Source: a virus. From it: a DNA stretch of 64,000 nt. Location: positions 28,322 through 92,321 of the IMG/VR virus record IMGVR_UViG_3300037722_000409; one strand, 5' to 3'. Positions 39,989-50,200 of this stretch are shown piece by piece. The notes under the pieces are model-generated. The model worked only from the letters and a program-made list of their open reading frames with translations, ran no database searches and was not told the DNA's origin. The position numbers were made by a program, and so were the translations under genes. Each line of letters starts with the position of its first letter. Position 1 is the first letter of the stretch.

Positions 39989-40673
39989 TAAATAGTCACA
40001 AAAGGACTAAGGGGAGCGGCTAGTGAAGGTAATCAAGAAGAACCTCTCGTTTAAGGACGCCAGGAATCTGGCTGACAGCCTGGCGCTTGCTACAGACAAG
40101 GTTCACTCGGTCAAGAGAGAACGGACCACCAAGCCTACCTTTAGTGTGCACGAGGGAATGGTAGGCACCCTGCTGGCTAACTCGTACACCGCTAGGCCTG
40201 AGACCTTGAAGTGGAATAGGAGTAAATAACATGTGGGTCGACTCACACCCCGTCGGATCGTGTGTGGCCTGTTGGCCTTCACGCCCCACCCCTTGCCGGA
40301 CCTGGGTCTCCGTAGGCACTAAGCCTCAATATCTGGACCGGGTACGAATTAACGCTACCGGCAAAACTGGAATTGTAGTTCACGTCTACCCCAACGGGTT
40401 CGCCTGCGTTGCCGGCGCCACTCCCGTGCAGGGGAGCGTGTTGAACAACAACTCGACGTACACCTGGGACCAGTTTACCATACTGCCTAACAAGGATGTA
40501 CAATAACCCATGAAACGTCGCTACATTCACGTCAATCAACTAGAACACACTATTCAATACGGCCCATGCCCTAAATGCGAAGCCGAGGCTGGGACCCCGT
40601 GCACTATTGACGAGTTCGGGGGCTCCCATGTTCACGCCGAAAGAATCGTAACGTTTGGAAGGAGGGCTAGATA

Positions 40674-41366
40674 ATGGAGATTCTTAAGGTGCTGGTGGGC
40701 AGCCACGCTCACGGCCTCGCGACTCCGGAGTCGGACGTGGACTACCGTGGCGTCTACGTTGACAGCACACGCAGCCTACTGAGCTGCTACGCCACTAAGC
40801 CTAAAGGTACCCACTGGGTGGAGGGGGAGAACGAGGACGCCACGGCCTACGAGCTTGGCCACTTCCTCAATCTAGCCGTCCACTGCAACCCGTCCATCCT
40901 CGAGGTCTTCATGGCACCAGTGGTTTCGGCCACCGACACCGGCAATCACCTACGCGAGCTGTTCCAGTACGTGTGGAACGCCAGGGACGTTGCCAACGCC
41001 TTCACCGGGTACTCTCACAACCAACGTACTAAGTTCCTGAACAACAAGGACGGGCGAAAGTGGAAGTTCGCGGTGGCCTACACGCGAGTCTTGCTCCAAG
41101 CCGTAGAGCTGCTGAGCACGGGGGAGTTCTCATTGAAGGTGCCAACTACCCCCATCAAGGGCCCGTACTTCCGAGTAGCCAATTGGGCTCAGTATTTGGC
41201 GGACGTTAGGAAAGGCGCCGTGAGCACCGGGGAGATTATCGACATCTCCGAAAGACTTCGCACCACTGTAAACGACTGGGCAGATAACGGCCCTTACACC
41301 GGCAACGAGCCCGACCTCGACGCGGTGGACGAGTTCCTGTTCAAGGTTCGAAAGGAGAACTGGTGA
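40674..41366 (+). CDS. Pol-beta superfamily nucleotidyltransferase (RlaP/YcgL-like)
   Basis: GSHAHGLATPESDVDYRGVY...NPSILE. Confidence 0.85.
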   Translation: MEILKVLVGSHAHGLATPESDVDYRGVYVDSTRSLLSCYATKPKGTHWVEGENEDATAYELGHFLNLAVHCNPSILEVFMAPVVSATDTGNHLRELFQYVWNARDVANAFTGYSHNQRTKFLNNKDGRKWKFAVAYTRVLLQAVELLSTGEFSLKVPTTPIKGPYFRVANWAQYLADVRKGAVSTGEIIDISERLRTTVNDWADNGPYTGNEPDLDAVDEFLFKVRKENW

Positions 41367-42231
41367 CGATGGCCGGGCCGCCGACAGGCTACTGCAAGAC
41401 CTGCGGGTTCACCCACTGGGGTGACGGCAAGTGCCCCCACGTGGTGGTGATCGACGACGTGCTGGCCAGGGAGATATTGTCGGCTCTGTCAGCTGAGTCG
41501 TTAAAGTGGATAGGCGCTGAGGAGCCAAAGGATGACCCATCATGAACATGAAGATACCATTCGCCGTCACGCTGGCGATCTTTGCCTGGGTGGTGTGGGA
41601 CGTAACTCACGGCGGGCTGATCTGTAACTACTAGCTCACAGGTGCTTATGAATGCTATTATCAAAATTGTTCGCGAGGAAATCTTTGGAACACACTACGG
41701 AAAACACGTCGGAACCGCCGTTATCAGTCTTACGCAAGGCTTGGCTGGAGTTTTGGGCATGCGATGGTTGGTGGCCCTTGACGAGCGCATGCTGCTTATG
41801 GCAGCCGTCGAGATGGTGCTTGGCTACCTTGCCACGCGCTGCTTCGCAGATTGGACCGAGTTCAAGGGTGTCGCGCCCACCTCGATAGCCGCGGCCTTAC
41901 TCGGCATGTACCTCGGGCTCCAGATCCCACTCTAAAGGAGTTATGATGAAGCTTAGCCTGAAAAACAGGAACGACAATGGCTGGTGGGTCCTGATAGCGA
42001 CCGACGACAGCGGGATCTGGGCCTGGCAGCCGGTCCGCTTTGACGGACCCAACGTTCAACGCTACATGCGCCACGCGTACGACTCCGTGGTCGTCAAGCT
42101 GAACCATCAACTTGACCCTAGCAAAATCTGAATGACAGGAGGGCACGATGATCTGTAAGAACGGCATGCACGGCGCTTGGCGCGGCAACGTCTGGGCAGT
42201 GACCAAGTGTAACTGCAAGAAATAACCTCAG

Positions 42232-42260
42232 TTTACCCGACCAGTTAACTCGAGTATAAT
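42232..42260 (+). promoter_or_regulatory. sigma70-type promoter
   Basis: TTTACC-17-TATAAT. Confidence 0.7.
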
Positions 42261-42711
42261 AACAAGAGCCCAACTTTATCAGGAAAGGAGTCATCATGGC
42301 AAGTAAGATCCTGGATCCCCGGCCCACCGTGGCCCGTGAAGTAAAGGAAGTTCTGGCTGACTACAACTACCTGCTGGCATCGACCGGCGATCAGGACCTG
42401 TCCCTGGTTCTCCTGCAGACCGCCTACGGCCTCTACGACGAGAGCGGCGTGGCTGACACCCGGGCGTTGGAACTTGACCAAGAGTAACAGTGGGCGCGAT
42501 CGATCTTCTCCTGCCGGGGGCAGTGCTAGACCAGCGCCAGGGCTACGAGGAGCCTGAGGGGACGCCCTTATTCCTCGACCACCGCACCCGGGCAAGTGTA
42601 TAAACTGCCCAACATCGGGTACCAGGGCTGGGCGGTTGAAACCTGTAGGTTATAGTGAATAAGCGCAAAGCCAGTCCTGGTGCCCGAGATATGGCAGACT
42701 CTCTTTTAGTT

Positions 42712-42742
42712 AATCCGGCGGGGTGGTAGCCGCCGGATTTTT
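42712..42742 (+). terminator. intrinsic terminator-like hairpin
   Basis: AATCCGGCGG/CCGCCGGATT followed by TTT. Confidence 0.6.
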
Positions 42743-42743
42743 A

Positions 42744-42819
42744 GCCCGCGTAGCTCAGCTAGCAGAGCACCTCACTTGTAATGAGGATGTCCGGGGTGCA
42801 ACTCCTCGCGCGGGCTCCA
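42744..42819 (+). tRNA. tRNA-Thr(TGT)
   Basis: Cloverleaf: acceptor GCCCGCG/CGCGGGC, anticodon arm CCTCA-CTTGTAA-TGAGG, encoded CCA. The T loop is the variant TGCAACT. Confidence 0.9.
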
Positions 42820-43415
42820 CAATTTTTAGCCAGGTATAATTAACTATGACAGGTTACGCTGACGAGGACCCAGACACCTTTGCCGACACCACCGGGCTCG
42901 TTATACCGTGCTGGCTGTGCGGAGTCCTCGCCAAGTTCGCCCACGACACTCCAGAGAACTGGGCTACCTTCAAGAGCCGCGGACCGACTTGTGACACCTG
43001 CTGGGAAGTAGAATACCCACGGCTGCAAAAGGAGGCCCTAAACCGTGAATGAGCAAGAGAGGTTACAGTTGACGATGCCAGCGTGGAAAGAGGGATACGA
43101 CAAAGGATACTACGACCGTGGAGTGCACGACGCGAGGCTGTTAGCCTCCACCTACCCAGACGGGTCGGTGTTCGGCCCAGACACCAGCGTGCCAGTGCCG
43201 ATGGTGGGGCCCACGTGTGGGTGCTTCGAGAAGTTACCCCTAGGCGAGTGCAACCGGTGCGCCGGAGACATCCCTACCGGGGACAAGTGGGACAACATGC
43301 GGCCTGAGGAGTTACTCTCTGACGGCATGGCCAACAGCTACCAGGAATACGATTGGGGGGACGAAGAGCCTAACGGTTGCAACTGTGGGACATGCAAGAG
43401 AGTATAATTACTCAA

Positions 43416-43502
43416 GCCGGGGTGGCTGGAATGGTAGACGCGGCGGCCTTAAAACCCGCTCACCGAAAGGTGGTGGGGGTTCGAGTCCCTCCCTCGGCAC
43501 CA
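43416..43502 (+). tRNA. tRNA-Leu(TAA)
   Basis: Acceptor GCCGGGG/CCTCGGC, loop CTTAAAA, long variable arm CACC-GAAA-GGTG, GGTTCGAGTCC, CCA. Confidence 0.92.
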
Positions 43503-44069
43503 AAATTAACCTAGGAGCTTAACGATGAAGAAGATTCGGACGTCTGACCACAGTCCTCGGCAGGCCAGGGTTATCGGGGACAAGCGCCGGGCTCGCCGGT
43601 ACACCGCCGTGAGCCACTGGCAAGAGTACAAGGTCAACCTGGGCAAGGTGCGGCTCTTGACCGTGGAGGAAGTGGCTGCCTTAGTTGGCGACAGCACCTC
43701 TACCGAGGAGGTCACACACGGCATAGAAGACCAGGTAATCACGCCGTAACACGGGCAGCGGGGTGGCCGTCGGGAGGCCCGTCGTAGCAGTGACGAACGA
43801 AAGTTCCAGGAACTGTGGAACATATCCCCGGCCACCATCAAATTTTATCAAAGAGGAAGAGACACCCGCATGATCTGTAGATATTGCAACGCCAATGGTA
43901 GCACATTCCACCGAAGCACCAACGTCGAAACCGAAGTTTTATTCACTTGTGGCAGTTGCGTCAGCAAGTACGCTCTCCGGGGTAACATCAAGGACCTCAT
44001 GGTGGCAGTCACCGTGACAGCTCTCGCGCTTGGAGCTGCGTTGATTCTGTCCTTACTGTTCTAAGAGGG

Positions 44070-44098
44070 TTTACCTCACCTGCTCTACCGGGTATAAT
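44070..44098 (+). promoter_or_regulatory. sigma70-type promoter upstream of the second cargo/protease cluster
   Basis: TTTACC-17-TATAAT. Confidence 0.7.
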
Positions 44099-44331
44099 AG
44101 TATCATAGCTATACCGGAGGAGTTGATGCCACTCAGCGAGCTCGAGGCCCACGCGTACAAGACCGACCTGCAGGTACGAGAGGTACTGCTACGGATGCTC
44201 AAGCACAAGGCTGAGGTTCAACAGGCCCTCCAAGAGGAGGACATCTCCGTCCTAAAGGAAGAGCAACTCAAGTCCGCACTCGCGGAGATCACGAGCCAGG
44301 TAGACCAATATAAATTTAGTGGCTCCTTTTA

Positions 44332-46773
44332 ATGCGCGTTATCCACCGCGCTAATCCTCCACGCCCAGGCCTCGTTCCCCAGTCAGGCGACTGGGATAGA
44401 CCAGTACGATGGGTACGACCATCCGAGCAAGCGGTGTCGTCCACAACTGCCACTGACCTACACGTGACCGTTCAGCAGATACTTACACAGTATAAACCTG
44501 GTGACGTTTTGAGTCCCGAGGACGTAGAGCGTGCTCTCAAGTACTTCGTGCCAAATGAAAGCGGGCGCCTGTTTCACGTCGAAATGGCGCTGTTTCGAGA
44601 AGCCCTAGGGACAGTCCCAGCGGTTCAGCTACAAGGCCTTGGTCCCTTCGAAGTGGTTGATAAGATACCACCTAAATTTCCAAAAGACTGGGTGGCAGCG
44701 TACTCGTATTCACCAGACAACTCCGAGCGCCCCAACATCATGGCGCTGCGTGACCGTAAACTGACGGTCCACGCGGTGGTGCACGAGATAGGTCACCACG
44801 TTGAGCACTCCTATCTCAACGGAGCCGTTCGGCAAGGCCTTAAGAAGGCATTTCGTGAAGCAAAACGGTCCCGCACTGGTTTTCCGTCCGAGTACTCTAA
44901 GACCTCAGCAAGTGAGTTTTTCGCTGAGTGCTACGCGTGGAGCTTGCTAGATCCCGTGGAGTTGAACACGCGTAACCGTATGATGTTTCACATCTGCAAC
45001 TCCGTAAACGAAGGTGACCGTCGACTGATAAACAACTCGCTGGAAACGGAGGGGCGTGTGCTTATTCACGAAACTGAGGGTCTACTAGACGGCTTTGACC
45101 CTACGCTCCCTGACGCTGGTTCTGACACGCTCAATAAGGCGCAGCCCCCACGCCCCGGCCTGATGCCTCAATCTGGTGATTGGGATAAGCCGGTGAGATG
45201 GGTGCGACCTGAAGAAGCTGCTCCGTCTGCAAACTGGGTTAAAGACAACGCCGAACTGTTAGACCATGCAGACCGTGAGCTACCTGTCGAAGCCTACCAC
45301 GCGATATTAGCTTTTGTCGGCCACGAACCTGGCGCGCTCTCTACCCATGGGCCTGGAACAATTGGCATAATGGATGCTGTCGCCTTAGAGGAGGCGTACA
45401 CGGAGCCTCTGAGCTCGCCTCACGCGCGTGAGATACGGCGTGGCCTCGAGTCAGCTATGGCCCCAATTCGTGAGAAACTACGAGCGGAAGTCGGTGACTC
45501 AATAACACTTTACCGGCACCAGAGTCCACGCACAGAGAACGCTAAAGACCGCACGGTGTTGTCGTGGACCAGTGACAGAGAGTTCGCGGAGTACTTACAC
45601 GGTCCTGGCGAGCGTGACGTCTACTACCTGCAGAGCCGTGGGCCGTACAGTCAAGTCATCGAGACTGACCCAGCCTACGGGTCGGTTCCGTTTTCCAGCC
45701 AAGAGTCCGCGCAAGCGTGGGCTGACGCACACCCTGGTGTAGACATACACGGTGACTCGGTCGGCTCCGTGGACGTGGTGTCAGAAAAGCGAGGTGAAAA
45801 ACAGAAGGGCGTGGTGGTAACCGCTGATGTTCCTCTTGACGACATTGTGTGGATCACTGACCGTGCTGGCCAGTCAGAGTTCATAGTTCGGAACACTGGT
45901 GCTCACCGCATAGAAAAGGCCCAGCCTCCACGCCCAGGCTTAGTACCCCAGAGCGGCGACTGGGATCACCCGCGTCGGTGGATACGACCAGAGCAACTCA
46001 CTCACCCGCAGATACCTGAGCAGCCCGCGTACCGCAAGGCTAACCTCTCTTTAGTGGTGCCCTCTGAAGCCGCTAAGATAGACCGTGAGTTTCACAATAA
46101 AAACTGGCGGGCGCTCATCTCTGAGGCATTTGGCGTAGGAGTGCCGGGGTATGAGGTACACGTCTCTAGCGCATACGTCTCTAGTAAATACGGCAAGCGT
46201 GGTGCCGCCTTAGTTGTAAAGATGCGGGTGTTTTACGAGGGGGGAGAAGATGATATAGGGTCAATCCACCGCGTCATCTTCCCGGACCAAGTGTACCATG
46301 ACAGCTTCTTCCTAGACTCGAAGCACCAAAACAAGGGATTGGCGGCGGACATGCTTGAGCGCATGGAGGACACCTACATCAAGCACGGAATCAAGTTCAT
46401 CACGTTGATGGCCAACGACTCGGTCGGCGGATACGCTTGGGCTCGGCAAGGTTTTGACTTTCAAGACAGCCAAGACCGGGCGGGCGTGGACCGAGAGGCG
46501 GAAGAGTCTATCGTAAACTATGTGGCCAACAATAACCTAAGCTCTGCCCAAAAGGAGAGATTGCTAGACCAGTATCACAGCTTGGAGCACGCCTGGGACA
46601 TCGCCGCGTGGAATCCGACAAACGCACCAGCTGGCGAGCACCTTGGAAAGAGCATCCTCCTCGGCGCCACATACCACGCCAGCAAGGACCTTGACCCTGA
46701 CAGCGCAGGCTACAAGATCGGAAAGAGGTACCGCGCGGCTCGAAAAGCCCTACAAGGAGCTAATGAACAGTAA
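44332..46773 (+). CDS. polyvalent protein: tagged zincin peptidase, R-S-E ART-like domain and GNAT acetyltransferase
   Basis: HEIGH..SEYS..SEFFAE; ITLYRH..LSWT..QSE; LDSKHQNKGLA...VGGYAWARQGF. Confidence 0.8.
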   Translation: MRVIHRANPPRPGLVPQSGDWDRPVRWVRPSEQAVSSTTATDLHVTVQQILTQYKPGDVLSPEDVERALKYFVPNESGRLFHVEMALFREALGTVPAVQLQGLGPFEVVDKIPPKFPKDWVAAYSYSPDNSERPNIMALRDRKLTVHAVVHEIGHHVEHSYLNGAVRQGLKKAFREAKRSRTGFPSEYSKTSASEFFAECYAWSLLDPVELNTRNRMMFHICNSVNEGDRRLINNSLETEGRVLIHETEGLLDGFDPTLPDAGSDTLNKAQPPRPGLMPQSGDWDKPVRWVRPEEAAPSANWVKDNAELLDHADRELPVEAYHAILAFVGHEPGALSTHGPGTIGIMDAVALEEAYTEPLSSPHAREIRRGLESAMAPIREKLRAEVGDSITLYRHQSPRTENAKDRTVLSWTSDREFAEYLHGPGERDVYYLQSRGPYSQVIETDPAYGSVPFSSQESAQAWADAHPGVDIHGDSVGSVDVVSEKRGEKQKGVVVTADVPLDDIVWITDRAGQSEFIVRNTGAHRIEKAQPPRPGLVPQSGDWDHPRRWIRPEQLTHPQIPEQPAYRKANLSLVVPSEAAKIDREFHNKNWRALISEAFGVGVPGYEVHVSSAYVSSKYGKRGAALVVKMRVFYEGGEDDIGSIHRVIFPDQVYHDSFFLDSKHQNKGLAADMLERMEDTYIKHGIKFITLMANDSVGGYAWARQGFDFQDSQDRAGVDREAEESIVNYVANNNLSSAQKERLLDQYHSLEHAWDIAAWNPTNAPAGEHLGKSILLGATYHASKDLDPDSAGYKIGKRYRAARKALQGANEQ

Positions 46774-47275
46774 AGGTGAGAATGGTGCGTTTCTTTTCGC
46801 TGAGCTCTGGGAGCCAGGCTTTGAGAAGACGCTGCAGGGTGACTTTGAGCTCAACAAGGCTGGTGGATTGGTGCCTTACCGCGTGCGCGTGTATCCAAAG
46901 ACCGGTGGCGCGCCGTACATGACCACCCGGTGGCGCAAGCCTGGCGCCTTGTCGGCTGAGTCCCCGATCCACGTGGTCCCCGCGGCCGCCTACCAGGGCA
47001 GCCTCATAGACGTCTACCACGCGTGGCAGGGATTCCTCGGGACACAGGAGAAGCTCACCGACGCCCTCATGCAGCCGCTGGTCGCCATGCAGGAGATCCT
47101 GTTCAAGGGACGCCTAGGACTACTCGCTATCCAAGACAACCGAGTGCTCGGCGTGGCGGTTATCCAGCAGGGAAGCAACCTCTTGACCGCGAGCCCTATA
47201 GACCAGCTGCGCGGCAACACCAACGCCGTGATAGACACCCTCACTCAGGGCTTGAACGCCTACGAGGTTCAATAG
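46763..47275 (+). CDS. hypothetical protein with a divergent tag-like motif
   Basis: LNKAGGLVPYRVRVYPKTGGAPYMTTRWRKP. Confidence 0.6.
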   Translation: MNSKGENGAFLFAELWEPGFEKTLQGDFELNKAGGLVPYRVRVYPKTGGAPYMTTRWRKPGALSAESPIHVVPAAAYQGSLIDVYHAWQGFLGTQEKLTDALMQPLVAMQEILFKGRLGLLAIQDNRVLGVAVIQQGSNLLTASPIDQLRGNTNAVIDTLTQGLNAYEVQ

Positions 47276-47278
47276 GTC

Positions 47279-50200
47279 ATGCGCATCGTTCACAAAGCTG
47301 GTCCTCCAGGACCGCCTCCTCGGCCCGGCCTCGTATGGAAGCCGTCCACTCACAGGTGGATACGGCCAGACCATAACGACGAGATAGTAGACCCGTGGCA
47401 CTCAGACGTGCGAAATGAGCTGTCTGGAATGACCAATGATCAAATTGATAGTATACTTTCAGATCTTTCACAGTGGTACAAAGATAACAACATTTCTCCT
47501 GGTAAAGGATACGCCCTAGCAGAGGCTCCTCCAGGATGGAGCGATATAGTAGACCTCACTCATGTGACTCGGTCAGAAGCAAGCTACCGCGATCAGCTTG
47601 ACGTCTATAGAGCTGGTAACTTTAACTTAGACGCGTCGACCGAGTCTCTTCAAGATGACAAACGCCGTATTAAAGAATACTTATCCGACAGAGGGTTAGC
47701 TCAGTTTCACGGCCCATCTGACGTAGCGGTGTTAAAAACCGCAAATAAGGCTATTAACGAAGAGCTAAAATCTCGTAAACTTCCTACTGGCGCGGTGATC
47801 TCCGCCCACTACGCGGCTTTCTACGAGGACGAGGAGCTAGCTCCAATAGATCCTGCCGAGATGACCCGGGTGCTAGACAACATTGCTAAGACAGGGTTAA
47901 TACCACGCGCGAGTGACAATGAGACAACTCAAGTATATGATAAGGTTTTTAACCGCCCGCCCGCCGTGTATAGCGTTCCGCTAGGAGATTGGAAAGAAGC
48001 TTTTCTTTTTCCTCCGGAGAACCCTGTCTCTGAGGAGATTAGCAAGACGGTATTTATACTTCACGGCGTTGAAACACTAAGCAAGAGCCGTGTTGACGAC
48101 ATGGAGCAAGTTACCACCATCGGCGACCAGCTAGCTGAAAGAGGCGAGGTGGCTAAACTGTCAGACCATGTCTCCTCGTGGGGCCTTAAGACGTACACCA
48201 CTAAGGCCGCCGCAAATCCAGAGGCCTTTGGGTTAACCGCGCCTGAGGTCATGACAACGGCACCAATTCCGCCCAGTAACCTCGTACTGGGCCGGGACCT
48301 CGTAGCTCAAAGACCTGGCATAACCAACGGTGAACTTACGGAACTACTATTTAAGATAGCCAAAGAGCGTAGCGTCACAAATATACTAAAAGACAGTGCT
48401 GTCCCGGAGGTTTCGGTATACACCCCGGGATGGACCGCGCGTGCGTACGCCCGACTCAGAGAGGAGCGTGAGGACTCTGCTGTGCCCACTGCTATAAAGA
48501 AGGCCCAGCCCCCTCGCCCAGGGCTCGTCCCTCAGTCAGGGGACTGGGACAACCCGGGACGGTGGATACGTAAACCCGAGATGCAGCAAGGTGAAGCTCC
48601 GCAACCTGGGGCTCCTAAAGACGAGCCGCCCCCGGTAAATCTGTCACCTGGGGCTCAGGCGGTTGTCGACAAGTTCGGGACTCACGCGGACCTCACCTCC
48701 TCGCTGAAGGACCTAGAGGCCGTGCAGCAGAAGCTCGAGGCCTTAAATCAGCAGAAGGTGCCTGCGCCGGTCAAAGGTGGAATCAAGGAGCTGCTGGGTC
48801 ACGTGGAGCGCCTCAAGACCCAGATAGCTGAAGGAAAAGGCAAGGGTGACAACCAGCCACCTGGTGAGCCGCCTAAGCCAGGCCTAGAGTGGGACGCTAA
48901 GAGCTACAGGTGGACGCGCCCAGAGACTGGCAGGGAGTGGACCGCCAGCGGGGTGCCGATCCCGCCGAGCTGGACCAAGGTCAAGACCTACCGAAGCCCG
49001 CGCAGCCATATAATAGCCTCGGGTACCGATCAGCACGGCAAGGGTAAGTACCTGTACAGCTCCGACTTCCAAGAGGGTCAGAAGGCCAAGAAGTTTGACA
49101 GACTCAAGAAGATAGACAAGGTGATGCCGCGCATCCAGCGTGCCGCCGCCACCAAGGGACAGTCGGACGACTCCGCTGCAGCCTTGTACCTCATATCCAA
49201 GACTGGCTTCAGGGTCGGCGGCGAGGGTGGCATGACGGCCGGCAAACCCACCTATGGGGCGTCCACCCTACGCGCGGGACACGTCAAGATAAAGGGTGAC
49301 ACCGTGTCGTTTGACTTCGTAGGCAAGAAGGGTGTCAATGTCAAGCAAGTGGTGAAGGACCCCACTCTGGTCCGGCTACTCGCGCCGCGGCTAACTGGAA
49401 AGGCCAAGGACCAACCGATATTTGCCACCAACGAGAAGCAAGTACTGGGAACTCTACGTGACATGGGGAGTAAAAACTTCAAGGTTCACGACCTGAGGAC
49501 GTGGAACGGCACCAAGCTGGCCCAGAACTTGGTGAACGAGATGCCCGCCCCGACCACTCCAGCTGAGGACAAACGAGCGCGGTTAACGGTGGCGGCCAAG
49601 GTAGCGGAGTTCCTGGGGAACACGCCAAAAGTAAGTCTAGACAGCTACATAGCCCCAGAGGTATTCGCCCCATGGGACGCTGTAACAGCGGAGCAAGGTA
49701 TGACTAATAAAGCCAAGCAGGCATTCGACGTTCTGAAGGACGTCTACTACTCCCATGAGATTACCAACAAGAGCGCGTTCGAGCCAGAAGACTCTCCAAT
49801 CTCCAAGGCAGTCACCTTGGCCAACGCCGGGTTGGAGCTTTGGGGGACGCTGATCTTGAAGGCTGAGATAGACGCGGAAGCAGGCACGGCTGACGGACAG
49901 ATAGACATGACGGACCTGCCAGGCGTTCCACCGCAAAAGCTAGACGTCGGGGACAAGAAAGCGCACGACATGCTGAGCCAGGTGAATAGCATCCTGCAGA
50001 ACATCGTGAACGATCCGGCGACCGCTAGACAGTTGGACCCTGAGGAGCGGGCGCGAGTCACCGCGGTTGGAAACTGGCTGACCCAGACCCCTCAGCGGCC
50101 TGAGCGACCGCAAGCCTCGCTGCCTCGGCGTGACGGCTTTGAGCAGCAGGTCAAGATGCTGGCTAAGGCAATGGACACCAACATCTCCGTGAAGGCGGTC

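Larger units (their letters stand above)
18607..48925 (+). repeat. dispersed peptide-level repeat (PPRPGL.PQSGDW..P.RW.RP tag), 13 canonical copies plus 3 variants
   Basis: Canonical copies start near 19441, 27186, 28566, 29869, 30559, 31678, 32236, 33697, 34270, 44347, 45136, 45916 and 48500. Variants (PP.PGL.W....RW) near 18607, 47294 and 48854. Confidence 0.95.

Noticed and set aside
43762-43837. A canonical third tRNA or a tmRNA
   Set aside because: No TTCR loop, no proper D or anticodon arms and no tag reading frame. Kept only as a tRNA-like finding.
19441-48580. The PPRPGL repeats as a CRISPR array, DNA recombination sites or inteins
   Set aside because: The copies are in-frame coding, hundreds to thousands of bases apart, and divergent at synonymous sites. 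They show no intein C/S...HN termini.
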